NCBI RefSeq assembly: GCF_006345805.1 | Contig: NC_043010.1 | Location: forward strand, 434,001-498,000 | Origin: Octopus sinensis | Lineage: Eukaryota | Length of the DNA stretch: 64,000 nt | Reading direction: 5' to 3' | Shown: positions 1-12,910 of the stretch, piece after piece | How positions within the stretch are numbered: the first letter of the stretch is position 1 | How the letters are laid out: each line of letters starts with the position of its first letter | Made by a program: the position numbers and the translations under genes | Notes under the pieces: generated by a model | Seen by the model: the letters and a program-made list of their open reading frames with translations, nothing else | Told to the model about the DNA's origin: nothing | Database searches by the model: none

Positions 1-197
1 TAATAAAAAAGAAAGAAAGGATGCTGCTCTCTGCAGACATTCATATCATTTCCAATGACATCGTAATCTTGTAATACAAAATAGAATCAATAGTAATGTA
101 AATATACATGAAAAAAAAAAAGTCTTCCTTAAAAGCTTGTCTAATTAAATGTACAACCATTTACAGGATAACATTGGTGAGTACATCTTTGATTTAT

Positions 198-618
198 CTA
201 CTTAAAGTGGAGGGAAGATGTGTAAGAAGGAAACCGAGGAAGACATGGGATGAAGTATTGGAAGCCAATCTCAAAATGCTGGACCTGATGAAGGAGATGA
301 GAGAGGACTGAGATTTGTGGTGCTGTACTTGAGAGTACCTGCCCACCACAACAGAATTTAGATCCTAACACCAAGGTGCTACATAAAAAATGTTGGTTTG
401 GGTGCTGGTGCCTTGTAAAAAGCACTGGTGATAATACCACATAAAAAGCACCCAGTACACTCTCTGGAGTGGTTGGCATTAAGAAGGGCATCCAGCTGTA
501 TAAATCAAGTCTATGGAACCTGGTGCAGTCTCTGGTCTTACCAGTTCCTGTCAATCTGTCCAACGCATGCCAGCATGGAAAACACATTAAATTATGATGA
601 TGATGATGATGATGATAA
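198..618 (+). mobile_element. RTE-clade LINE 3' fragment (ORF C-terminus, 3' UTR, (GAT)n tail)
   Basis: Translation VEGRCVRRKPRKTWDEVLEANLKMLDLMKEMRED resembles the RTE C-terminal G.R.RGRP.KTW...DL motif. It is followed by a UTR seen repeatedly in this window (ggagtggttggcattaagaagggcatccagctgta...ccagcatggaaaa) and a (GAT)n tail. Confidence 0.75.
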
Positions 619-1354
619 GTGAACATTTTTATTAGTCTCTTTGAGTCTATTCTGTTTGCCAGAGAAACTCAGTATGGTTTGTGTAAAGCCACAAAAATGT
701 TTTTTTTTTATGTCACACACAAATCTTTGGAAACTTTGGGGAAAGCAATATTGTGCTGCTTTGCATTTTCAAATATCCTCTACCGAGTCCTGGGTCCCCT
801 TGTTCCTATCTACTTCGTATCTTGAAGGGCCATCCTGATGCCTCACTACTACCATTTTTATATCTTTCCAGCTCGATCTGATCCCTCCCATTCAAAGTAG
901 CTCCTCTTCAACAAGAAACCTCTTCTGTTCTGATCACCTCTCTCCTACTTTTATCCATCTTTTTCCCACCTCATTTCCTAGCATTAAGTCACCCATTTGA
1001 AGTTTGTAGTCTTGCAAGCTGCATGACGGCCTCACTTGTGCTGATAGCACAAAAAGGCACCCAAGAAAGTGAGGCAAAATGGAGTGTGGTGCATGATGCA
1101 GTTCTGGGACCCATTGGATCTTGTTGAGCTGTACTATCCAAGCCAAGCCAATGGAATATGGATATTCAATAATAATGATGAAGATTATATGAGTGAAGAC
1201 TAACTGTGTTTGGTACAAAAAAACAAACAAAACGTCTGCAAGCTTCACTGAATATTGGTCTCCATCCTTTCTAGTCAACATAAGTTGTTCATTCAGTCAA
1301 CTTTGGGTTGGACTGTTTGATTTTTCTCACTCTTATCCTTTTCATATTTATTTA

Positions 1355-1545
1355 AAATTTTGACAAAAGGTTAGCAATTTTGGGGGAGAGGGTAAGTTGA
1401 TTCCATTGACCTCCACTGATCAAATGGTGCTTATTTTATTGCATTCCCACCTTCGAATTGATGAATGGCAAAGTTGGCTTCATTGGAATTTGAACTCAGA
1501 ACATAAATGTCCAATGTGCTAATACTTCTACTAGCTTGCCACCTT
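1355..1545 (-). mobile_element. Degraded SINE, family A
   Basis: Contains ggcaaagttggcttcattggaatttgaactcagaac, a diverged copy of the family-A core. Confidence 0.7.
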
Positions 1546-2091
1546 AACTTGTTTTTTCTATATTGGTTTCAAATTTTGGCACAAGGTCATCAATATTGGG
1601 GTTGATTACATTGACCCTACTGATCAACTAGTACCTATCTTATTGCTTCAGACTCAAGCAATCTCTTCAGACTCAAATACACATGGTTGGACTTTTGAAA
1701 AATAGGATGCTAGTCTATGAGAAAGCATAACAAAAAATTGTTAAAATTTACCTGAGTTTAAGTAAGGGTGGAATTAAAGAATGTATACCTTGAATTAGTG
1801 TGGTTATACTTTATAATTTCCATAATTAAAGAAATGTGTAATGAGTTTCTGGAGCATGAGCTGTGCCTGTTTATATGTGTGTATGATGAATGTGTACATC
1901 TGTCTACATGTATATATAATCAATCTGTGTGTGTATGTGTACACACACACACAAATATACATATCAGTAAACGTCCATATATCTAACCAGCTGATGGTAT
2001 CATCACTATCTTCATCATTAACATCAACATTATCACTACTGTTGCCTTCACTGCCACCATTTTTTTAGCATTTCTCATTTCTCATCTCCCC

Positions 2092-2124
<33 letters not shown>

Positions 2125-2973
2125 TATATATACATTATGATATTTTTTTTTACAGGAAAGATTTATTATTTTATTAATTGCCAAGAGTAGAGTGCCAAGC
2201 TCGCTTTCAGAAACCCTATGTAATATCACCATCTTTTCAGAATCTTTGACAAATAGCAACCATCTACCAAGTGTGTATGCTTGTGTATGTATGTATGTAT
2301 GTATGGAAGGAGGGGATAAATTGAAATACAAACCAAAAAAAAAAAATGAAAGGAGTTTTGCTTATGTTTTGTTAAATTTTGTTGTTTTGCTTCTTATCTT
2401 CCCTTATTCATCATGTTTTTAGGTTTTTTTTTCTGTTTCTATTTTCTTTGGTCTTAACACTGATTTCTACCTTTTATTTCATTGATTATTTTGCCGATGA
2501 CAGTATGCTGCCAGTGTTGATAATAATGGGGGCGAGGCAAGTTAAGAGTGAAGAGTGATAAGATATTTTGCAACCTCCTATATTTTTCCCCACCCCCCAT
2601 TTCTCCTGGTTTGCCTTAACCTAAAATGAAAGCTATTAAGACGACGACGGACGCAGTTCACTCCTTGTGGTTGACTTTCATAAGATTGGGAAAACAACAC
2701 AGTGACTATGACAAACACACCAATACCTATGCTAATATATATATATATATATGTAGGAATGTGTATACATGTGTCTATGTGTATACATGCATGCTCGCAT
2801 ACACAAAACATTTTTTTCTCGGGAAACTAATGTAAAATATACATATGCCTGCATGCAGACCCCCTTACACAAACACGCTTAAATACATGCAATGTTTGAA
2901 TCCATGAATGTACACACACACACACAAATATTCATATACATACACATACAAACATGCATATTATTATTTCTAA

Positions 2974-3082
2974 ATGCATCAAACATATACATACCTAAAC
3001 ACAGCCATATATCATTCTGTCTATAACTATCAAGCATATATATATACACTCACACAGATACATATATATATATGTATATATG

Positions 3083-3145
<63 letters not shown>

Positions 3146-3240
3146 CATACATACATATATGTACATAAGCATAATATATATATATAATATATATATAATA
3201 TATATATATATATACATACATTAAGCATACATACAAGAAT
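2974..3240. repeat. (TA)n/(CA)n compound microsatellite (representative of dozens in the window)
   Basis: Dinucleotide runs seen directly. Confidence 0.95.
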
Positions 3241-3587
3241 TTGTATTTATATATAAATCAACAAAAATTATCTTCAAAAATATAAACTCTAAACGCTAAA
3301 ATAACAAAAGAAAAATATCCAAGGAAAAACTGTCAGATTTTTGGATATTTTGTCCCCGGAATAAGCAGTAGGGCCCATCAGAATATATTGAGAGTTCATG
3401 CATTATCCATATACATAAGTCTTTAGGCACATCTGTCCATTACACTAATGGTATAGCTTTGTAATATTTCACTTAGGCTCTTGTTAACATGGCAACTACA
3501 CACACACACACATGAACACATGTATACACTGTGTTTGTGTTTGTATAAGTATATATGCATATATACATACATATATATATATATATA

Positions 3588-3631
<44 letters not shown>

Positions 3632-3803
3632 TATAAATGTTTATATAAGTACACACACAGAGACATAAACATATGTGTATATACATTTATATATGTATAT
3701 TCACACCTTCATATATATATATATGTAATATATATATATATATATGTATTTATATACATATCTATATGCATATGTATGTGTGTGTGTATGTTCATATTCA
3801 AAT

Positions 3804-3841
<38 letters not shown>

Positions 3842-3947
3842 ACTGTTCCAACCATTTACCAATATATGGCTTTCTCTTACTTCATCCCACTCTTGCGTGT
3901 ATGTGTGTGTGTGTGAGTGTGTTTTGATATTTTGACCAAGGAGAGAA

Positions 3948-3982
<35 letters not shown>

Positions 3983-4797
3983 TGTTTGTGTGTGGTGGTG
4001 GAGAGAGAGAGGAAGGGAAGAGAGAGTTTTGTACATTTACATGCTTCGCAAGTAGCTTGGGTTGTGTGCGCATGAATATTTATGATCTGTTGTGGATGGA
4101 GTCACAAAGCTCAAACTTATTTTGTGTATTACACACTTCATTATGTGAACACACACACACACATATCTATACGCATACGTACATACAAATAGACACAGTT
4201 GTGTGTATGTGACACTGTGTGTGTATACAAATATATATATATACAAATTATTTATCTATCTATATACTATCTAGATATACTAATATACATACACACACTT
4301 ATATTTCTAAAAAATTACACACACACATATATATACCTTCTTTTTCTTAATATATTTGAAGTACATTTTCCAATTTTATGAAAGTTTTGTTTATTTTTAA
4401 AATTCTTTGCTCCTTCCCTCACCTATAAAAATATAACTTGCCCTAGTTATTAATTTGTCATTAGACCATCATTTTACATGCTGCATGATAGAGTGCAAAG
4501 AGTTGTTTAACACCAGGTTAGACCTGATCTCATAGACATGATCATGGGGGTTCTAGTTGTTACCATATACCTTTTCTAGGATTCTATTGCAGAATATTTT
4601 CTACATATTTTTAAGATATTAGGGCATGATAAGAGAGACATTTGGTGTCTCTTTCTAGCAGGTCAATCATCCTGTTAGAGCGATCTTTTTCAGCTTGTAT
4701 GTTAAGAATCCATATCTTCCCAAGATTATAGACCAAAGTTTAAAGACAAAGGATACAAAATATAATGTAAATATGTGTTTATAGAATACACACACGC

Positions 4798-4836
<39 letters not shown>

Positions 4837-5429
4837 AAAGATCAGCTGCCCTGCTGATGTGAATATCTCTGAAAATCAAAGAGAAAAAGAGCAACTACAC
4901 ACCACTGCTTCAATATCCAGATAATAGATTAACATTTACACCAACTAGTGGGACCCATGGAAATTCTTCAGTGTAAGTCAGCATATTTGAAAGCACAAAT
5001 ATATTCAACACAAGCAAGGAATTTGAAAAAATTCCCTTGAAATTTTGCCAGTTAATCAAATCTGTAGTTTCAAATATAATCGAAATGAACTTTGGGTTTT
5101 GCTTATTTACCATTTTTTAATATGCTTGACAGAGATAATGTGTTGAATAGGTTTAGGGAAATAAAAGATGAATTAGAATGACAAAACTTATTCATATATA
5201 TATATATGTGTATGTATATATATATATATTTATATATATGTATGTATGTATGTATATATATACATATATATAACTGTGTTTTTCACTGTCTGATCACCAA
5301 AGCTCAGTTCAAGTAATTAGCCAATTGAGATTCTTTTCATTTCCTTTCATTTCACTTCAGTTAACTATTTATTTATATATTAATCAATATCTCTTTTTGA
5401 GTAACTATTGATATATCTGTAGACCAACC

Positions 5430-5590
5430 ATCATCATCATCAGCATCATCGTTTAATGTCCATTTTCCATGCTGCATGATTTGGATGGTTTAAAGGAACC
5501 AATAGGCTAGAAGACTGTCCCAAGCCCCAGTGTCTGTTTTGACATGGTCTTTAAATCTGAGATGCTCTTCCTAATGCCAACTTCTTCACA
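5430..5590 (-). mobile_element. RTE-type 3' UTR fragment with (ATC)n tail
   Basis: Reverse complement of the UTR seen at 470-618 and 6150-6317. Confidence 0.65.
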
Positions 5591-5688
5591 GAATGGGGGG
5601 GGGGCTAGTCAATTACATTGAACCCAGTGCTCAATGGGTACTTATTTCATTGACCCTGAAAGGATGAAAGTCTGCCAGCTGATTACCT

Positions 5689-5739
<51 letters not shown>

Positions 5740-5825
5740 CACTACCACCACCACCCCCACCACCACCACCACCACCACCACCATTTGGGACTGATGACAA
5801 ATATGCAGAGTTCTAGATTTAGCAA

Positions 5826-6317
5826 TTTCAAATTCGACGACTGGCACACATACCAACCTCCCTTCGTTGGATACTAAACTCTGCTTGCGAAGACCTGTTG
5901 GGGCAAATTAAATCGTAATTGAACCAAATTCAATGACTGGCACCCGTGCCAGTGGAGTGCTAACAGCTCCATCTGAGCGGGATCACTGCCAGAGCAGCTG
6001 TCTGGCTTCCGTGCCGGTGGCACGTAAAAAGTACCATTTGAGCTTGATCGTTACCAGCGTCGCCTTACTGGCACATGAACAAAACATTCAAGCGGGGTCG
6101 TTGCCAGTGCTGCTGGACTGTCCCTCGTGCCAGTGGCACATAAAAGCACTCACTACACTCTTGGAGTGGTTGGCGTTAAGAAGGGCATCCAGCTGTAGAA
6201 ACTCTGCCAGATCAGATTGGAGCCTGGCACAGCCATCTGGTTCACCAGTCCTCAGTCAAATCGTCCAACCCATGCTAGCATGGAAAGCGGACGTTAAATG
6301 ATGATGATGATGATGAT
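5826..6317 (+). mobile_element. RTE-associated 3' UTR or SINE with gtgcc-ggt-ggcac mini-hairpins and (GAT)n tail
   Basis: Shares the 3' block with 198-618; gtgcc(g/a)gtggcac occurs at ~6011 and ~6127. Confidence 0.75.
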
Positions 6318-6440
6318 CACTGCTGTTGTATGCTTTTCATTTGTTATTGATATTCTTCTGTGATTTTTAACATTAAACATCTAGACAAGATGATTTCTTG
6401 AGATGTATATTACAGTTTTGTGGCTTTCTACAACATATAT

Positions 6441-6602
6441 AGGTGCAGGAGTGGCTATGTGGTATGAAGCTTGCTTCTCAACCCCATGGCTCCAGGTTCA
6501 GTCCCTCTGCATGGCACCTTGAGCACATGTCTTCTACTATGGTCTTGGGCCAACCAAAGCCTTGTGAGTTGATTTGGTGCTCAGAAATTGAAAGAACCCC
6601 AT

Positions 6603-6677
<75 letters not shown>

Positions 6678-6920
6678 GAATATGTATATGTATGTGTATG
6701 TGTGTGTGTGTCTGTGTTTGTTCTCCCCTCCATCACCACTTGACAACGGTGTTGTTATGTTTATGTCCCTGTAACTTGATGGTTTGGCAAAAAGTGACCG
6801 ATAGGATAAGTACCAGGCTTAAAAAATAAGTACTGGGGTCAACTCATTTGACTAAAATTCTCCACGGTGGTGCCCCAACATGGCTACAGACTAATGACTG
6901 AAACAGTTAAAAGATAAAAG
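6441..6920 (+). mobile_element. Full-length SINE, family B (tRNA-like head, internal microsatellite, conserved tail)
   Basis: Head ggtgcaggagtggctatgtgg...ggttcagtccc with A/B-box-like motifs; internal (CT)/(TA)/(GT) tract; tail ...gactgaaacagttaaaag. Confidence 0.85.
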
Positions 6921-7235
6921 ATATCCATGTTAAGTAGGATATTCAAAATGCTATTCTGAACTAATACGGCTTCCATTGACAATAATGAATATATAGATAC
7001 AATACAATATGTCAATTAAACGACAAGTAGCTTGGTGCCTTTGATAAAGGGGTGAGTTTGTCTGTTTTTGTTGCTACTTCACTCTTCTTCACTGCCCATC
7101 CCCAACTCTCCTTTCACTTGTACATTTGTCTCTTTTACTAACCCCTTTCTCTCTTTCTCCCCCTTTCATAATTCATCTTGCTCTCTCTCTATATATGCTT
7201 CTCACTGCCTGTTGCTTTCTTCCTCTCTGTCTATC

Positions 7236-7292
<57 letters not shown>

Positions 7293-8424
7293 TCTCCATC
7301 TCTGTATGTGTGTGTGTGTGTATATATATGTATATATATGTGTGTATATATATATGTATGTATACATACATATATATATATATATACACACACACATATA
7401 TGTATGTATGTATGTATGTATGTTGCCTCTTTCTTTGCATGTCTCTCTTTCTCTCTCTATATACACAGCTTATATTAATTTCTCGCCTCCAACCAATGGG
7501 TTTCATATTTATCTGAGCGACCAGCAAGATCGCACAAATGAATAGGAAGACGGCAGCTGTTTATTAGGCAACAGATATCCATTGCATTCATCATACCTCA
7601 CGAGATGCATTGTTAGCATGCAAAGGGATGTATCCATTGTCAAGGGAGTTTCTACATGGAAGCAGCACTGTCAGAAATTCTATCGACAGACATGCGATAA
7701 GGGGTTGAAGATGAAAGCTGACAGCTTATCACAACCCTTTTCAGCCAATAGTCGTCACCCACAAAACCCTATCTAAAGCATCACGCCACCCCCTTCACCT
7801 CACTGGTATCTTAAATGGAGTTTAACCAATCCAATTCTGCTGCAACCACCACTGGCTCCACCACCAATCACCCATGCACTCACTCCAATCTGATATCTGT
7901 CTTATTCGTTTATTTTCATTCTGTTTTTGCTGTCAAGATATTTAAATACACTTATGTGTAACATGCATTTATGCAAATGACATGTATGTATGTATGTATG
8001 TATGTATGTATGTATGTATGTATGTATGTATGTATGTATGTATGCATGCATGCATGCATGTATGTATGTATGTATGTATGTATGTATGTAGGTAGGTAGG
8101 TAGGTAGGTAGGTAGGTAGGTAGTAGGTAGGTAGGTAGGTAGAAATGATGCCAAAACAGATATTGGGACTCGGTGCAATCTTCTGGCTTGTTGAATCCTA
8201 TCCATCCATCTAACCCAGGCTAGCTTGGAAAAAAAATGATAAATGATGATGAGGTTATATAATATGTGTGTGAGTGTAAATGCAAACACATCAAGCACAT
8301 ATTTATATATGTATTCATGAGAAATCACCATAAGCACACATACACACACACAAATGCAGATACACAGACAAACAAGCAAATGTCTGGTAAAATTATGTAT
8401 TTATGTACATATTTCAATGAATAA

Positions 8425-8670
8425 CTCATTATTCTAGGCACAAGGCCTGAAATTTTAGGGGAGGGGGCCAGTTGATTAGATCGACCCCAGTATGCAACTG
8501 GCACTTAATTTATCGGCTCCAGTGAGTAACTGGTACTTATTTAATCGACCCTGAAAGGATGAAAAGCAAAGTCGACCTTGGCGGAATTTGAACTCAGAAC
8601 GTAGTGGCAGATGAAATACCACCAAGCATTTTGCCCAATGCATTAACGTTTCTGCCGGCACACCACCTTT
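8425..8670 (-). mobile_element. SINE, family A (partial internal duplication)
   Basis: aggatgaaaagcaaagtcgaccttggcggaatttgaactcagaacgt core; the ctggtacttatttaatcgacc segment is present twice. Confidence 0.85.
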
Positions 8671-8691
8671 AGTGAACTCATTATTGGTGGT

Positions 8692-8722
<31 letters not shown>

Positions 8723-9164
8723 GGATTAATAATGGACAGATAGGGGTTGCTCTGTGGTTAAGGAGCTTGCATTCCGGCCTTGAGCTCTTGAGTTTAATTC
8801 CAGTGTGGCACTCTGTACAAGTGTCCTCTCCAATTTTATAAGTGCAGGCATCCCCTGTGAGTATGCCCAGCATTCTGTCACCATCTCTATCCTGCTGTCT
8901 CCCACTCTCTCTCTCCTTTTCCTGCATTTCCTTCAGGTTGGGTAACCATGCATTTCCTTTGCTATAGCACACCTGTTTCTGTCTTCATTCCTGATCTCTC
9001 TCTCCTCTCCCCCACCCCACCGGCCAGGTAACCTTGTACTTCCTCTACAACAAGACACCTGTTTCTGTTTCCCTGTCTCACCATAACCTTTTATCATCTG
9101 ACACAAGATCACCTCCACCAATGCCCCTCCCTTCTTGAAATTTTTTGATTTGTCTTACAAGCGC

Positions 9165-9452
9165 TTGGTGACCCTGTCAGTGCAAGTGCCACTTAAAAAC
9201 ACTCAGTCCACACTGTATGGTGACTGGTGTTCGGAAGGGCATCAAGCTGTAAAAACCTTGCCAAACCTCACCTGTGCTTGTGCCATGTAAAAAGCACTAA
9301 GTGAACTCTGCTGAGTGGTTGGTATTAGAAAGTGCATCCAGCTGTAAAAATCCTGCTGAAACAGTCACAGAAGTCTGGTGCAAGCTTCTGCCTGGCCGGC
9401 TGTTGTGAAACTGTCCCACCCATGCTAGCATGGAAGGTGGACGTTAAATGAT
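9165..9452 (+). mobile_element. RTE-type 3' UTR copy
   Basis: Same block as 6150-6310, with the gaagggcatc(c/a)agctgtaaaa segment duplicated. Confidence 0.7.
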
Positions 9453-9454
9453 AA

Positions 9455-9610
9455 TTTGATGGGGCATGACTCTGTAGTAAGAAGTTTGCTTCCAGAACAC
9501 ATGGTTCTGGTTTCAGTTCCAATGTGTGACTTATGGGTTAAGTGTCTTCTGCAACCAAAGCCTTGTGAGTTAATTTGGTTGATGGAAACTGAAAGAAGCC
9601 CATTGTGTAT
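9455..9610 (+). mobile_element. SINE B head fragment
   Basis: ccaaagccttgtgagttaatttggttgatggaaactgaaagaagccc. Confidence 0.75.
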
Positions 9611-9689
9611 ATAAATATATATTTTCATATTGAATAACATAGGGTCAGAGTTTGGGTCAGGGTTACACTCTTTGAATAAAAGAGTTTTT

Positions 9690-10230
9690 GCTCTCTTTTA
9701 TCTTCTACTTGCTTCAGTTCATTGGGCTGTGGCCATGCTGGGGCACTGCCTTCACAGGTTTACACTAACAAATCAACCCCAGTGCTTATTATTTAAGTTT
9801 TGTAATTATTCTCATGATCTTTTATGTTGAAACACTAAGATATCTTTTATCTTTTACTTGTTTCAGTCATTTGACTGTGGCCATGCTGGAGCACCACCTT
9901 GGAGAATTTTAGTTGAATGAATCAACCCCAGTACTTATTATTATTTTTAAGCTTGGTATTTATTCTATCGATCTCTGTTGCTAAACTGCTAAGTTGCAGG
10001 GACTCAAACACTCCAATACCATTTGTCAATCAATGGGTGACAAACACACACACACACACACGTGTGTGTGTGTGTGAGTGTGTGTATATGATGAGCTTCT
10101 TTCAGTTTCTGTCTGCCAAATCCACTCACAAGACTTTGGACCACCTGAGGCCATAGTAGGAGACACTTGCTCAACGTGGAATGCAGTGGGATTGAACCTG
10201 GAACCATGTGGATGCAAAGCAAGCTTCTCA
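9690..10230 (-). mobile_element. SINE B, full copy plus extra upstream tail fragment
   Basis: tttacttgtttcagtcatttgactgtggccatgctggagcacc at ~9853 and a related copy at ~9700; head at 10090-10225. Confidence 0.8.
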
Positions 10231-11580
10231 ATGACGTGGCCATGTCTGGGTGTTATAGGTTTTCTGGATCAGGACCGACCTAAGTGTAAACACACCACCA
10301 GTGCAATTGATGAAGAAATTACAAGTCAGTTGATGAAGTTCTATGTGACTAATGACACATTGGATAATGGAGTCTTAAATGTGCAATGCCTGATAGAAGT
10401 AAAGATGGGACAGCCATGTCTGGAAAGCCTTTCATCATAAAATCTGTTGACTCATGGATGACCTGTGACTAAATAACAATGCCAACAACAAGAACATAAC
10501 AATGTGATGTAATATCTGTTCCACACCACCATCACCACCATCAATGCCCACCACTATCACTATTACAATCACCATCATCACCAGCTCCATCCTCTAACCA
10601 ATACATCACCATCATAACCACCACCACCACCACCACCACCACCACCTCAACCACCACCACCACCACCACCACAGCTACAACCAGTGGCAGCAGCAGCAGC
10701 TGTGGCTACATCTCACTAATACCTCCCACCACACCCTTAAAACTACACACACCTTCAAAGGGTACAGCAATTATGGTGGACATTGATTAATGCTTTGTGT
10801 GTGTGTGAGTGAGTGAATGTGTGTGCGTGTGTGTGTAAGAGAGAGTGTGCATAAGAATTTGTGCATGTGTGTGCAGGAGTGTGAGATGCGAGTGCAAGTG
10901 TGTGAGTTTGTGCTTGATTGTGCATCATTATGCATGTGTGTGCATGCGAGTGTGTGCGTGTGAGAGTGTGAGTGTGTGCATGAGGGAAGGCTGTCTGTAT
11001 GTGTCTGTATGCGTGCACACGCGAATGGAAGAGAGGTGTGTGTGTGTGAGCATGTGAGTGAGTGAATGTGTGCAAGTGTATTTGAGTGTGTGTGTGTGTG
11101 CATGTATGTAAAAAGAGCATGTGTGTGTGTGTGTGTGTGCATATATAGGACTATTTGTGTAGGACAGACTTTGTATTTATGGAGGTAGGTCTGTGTATGT
11201 ATATGTGCGTGTACAGATATGTGACTGTATATACATAACCGTGTGTGCATGTATGTGTGTGTGTGTGTATGTATGGGTGCATGTGACTATGTAGTTGTGA
11301 GTATTGGATTATCTGTATATAACTGTGTGACTATGTATGCACAGTGTGTGTGTATATAAGTATGTGTGATCATGTCTGTGTATGTATATTGTATATTTAC
11401 CTGTGTGTATATGTTTGTGTATATGCTCATGTATATATGCCAGCATGTATGTATATGTCACTGTGTACACAAATATGTGACTGTAGATTATGTATACACA
11501 TGTATATGCCATCTAAATATATGTGTATATGTGATGAGTGTGTGTATGTGTGAATATATATTTATGTGTGAATTTGTAAA

Positions 11581-11652
11581 TGTTTGTCTTACTACATGTG
11601 TTTGTCTTACTACATGTGTTTGTCTTACTACATGTGTTTGTCTTACTACATG
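11581..11652. repeat. 18-bp perfect minisatellite x4 (tgtttgtcttactacatg)
   Basis: Read directly; gives the VCLTTC x4 period in the ORF track. Confidence 0.95.
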
Positions 11653-11822
11653 TGTATACAGACACACCTACACATGTTTATGCATGTGTTTATATGCATG
11701 GTATGTATGTATATGGCTATGTAGACAAAATTGTGCATGTATATATATATATGTAAAAACATAGTGTGAACAGAACATATGTGTGCATATTTGCATATGT
11801 ATCCATGATTTTGCAAATGCAA

Positions 11823-11853
<31 letters not shown>

Positions 11854-12210
11854 TATACATATACAAATGTATATACGTGTGTGTATACAAATGTGTGAGT
11901 TTACATGTTACAATGTATATGAACGTATGCTTGTATGTGTAATGCATGTCTATGGGTACACACATAAACACACACACACTAATGCATTCATATATACATA
12001 CATATGTATACACACACATGTACATATATGTAAGCATTTGCATTTGTATACATATGTGTTGATGATGCTATAAATATATGTATTTGTCAGTGTGTATGAG
12101 TATGCTTTTGTGTGCATGTGTGTGACATAAAGTTAAATGTCTGTGTGTGTATATGAAGATGCATTTATGTATGAGGTAGGTGCTGGAAAGTTCCTGGCTT
12201 TAAGAATATT

Positions 12211-12409
12211 CTTTTCTACTCTAGGCACAAGTCCCAAAATTTTAGGGGAGGGCACCAGTCAATTAGATCGACCCCAGAATACAACTGGTACTTAATTTAT
12301 CAACCCTGAAAGGATGAAAGGCAAAGTCGACCTTGGCAGAATTTGAACTCAGAACGTAAAGACAGACGAAATACCACTAAGCATTTTGCCCGTCATACTA
12401 ATGTTTCTT
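12211..12409 (-). mobile_element. SINE A with 16-bp target-site duplication
   Basis: tggctttaagaatatt at 12195-12210 and 12410-12425 flanks the family-A core. Confidence 0.9.
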
Positions 12410-12512
12410 TGGCTTTAAGAATATTGCAAAAGGCCTGGTTGGAGGCCCAACCTTCCAAGTTCTTTTACAGGGCTTAGGAAAACTGAAGGACCAGAATCTG
12501 AGAGGGGAATGT

Positions 12513-12910
12513 GACTGTGTGGTAAGAAACTTGATCCCCAACTACAGGGTCCTGGGTTCAGTCCCACTGCGTAATACCTTGGACATGTGTCTTGGGTCAA
12601 CCAAAGTCTTGTGATTGGATCTGGTAATTGGAAACCAAAAGAAGCCTATCATATATGTGTGTGTGTGTGTGGTGTGTGTGTGTGTGTGTGTTTGTGTCTG
12701 TGTTTGTCCCCTGCCATCACCACTTGACAACTGGTGTTGGTGTGTTTACATCTCCGTAACTAAGTGGTTTGGTAAAAGAGATCAATAGAATAAGTACTAG
12801 GTTTAAAAAATGAATTTTGGGGGTTCATTTGTTCGACCAAAACCCTTCAAATCGGTGCTCCAGCATAGCCACAGTCTAATGACCGAAACAAGTAAAAGAA
12901 TAAAAGAAAG
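12513..12910 (+). mobile_element. SINE B
   Basis: Head, internal (GT)n and tail ...gaccgaaacaagtaaaagaataaaaga. Confidence 0.85.

Noticed and set aside
983-1203. Short open frames after tttcctag (e.g. ...MMQFWDPLDLVELYYPS...)
   Set aside because: The sequence resembles a decayed copy of the RTE-UTR/SINE block; no donor site or recognisable protein.
10250-10440. Open frame GFLDQDRPKCKHTTSAIDEE...
   Set aside because: No recognisable homology, weak splice signals, and the ORF starts inside a SINE.
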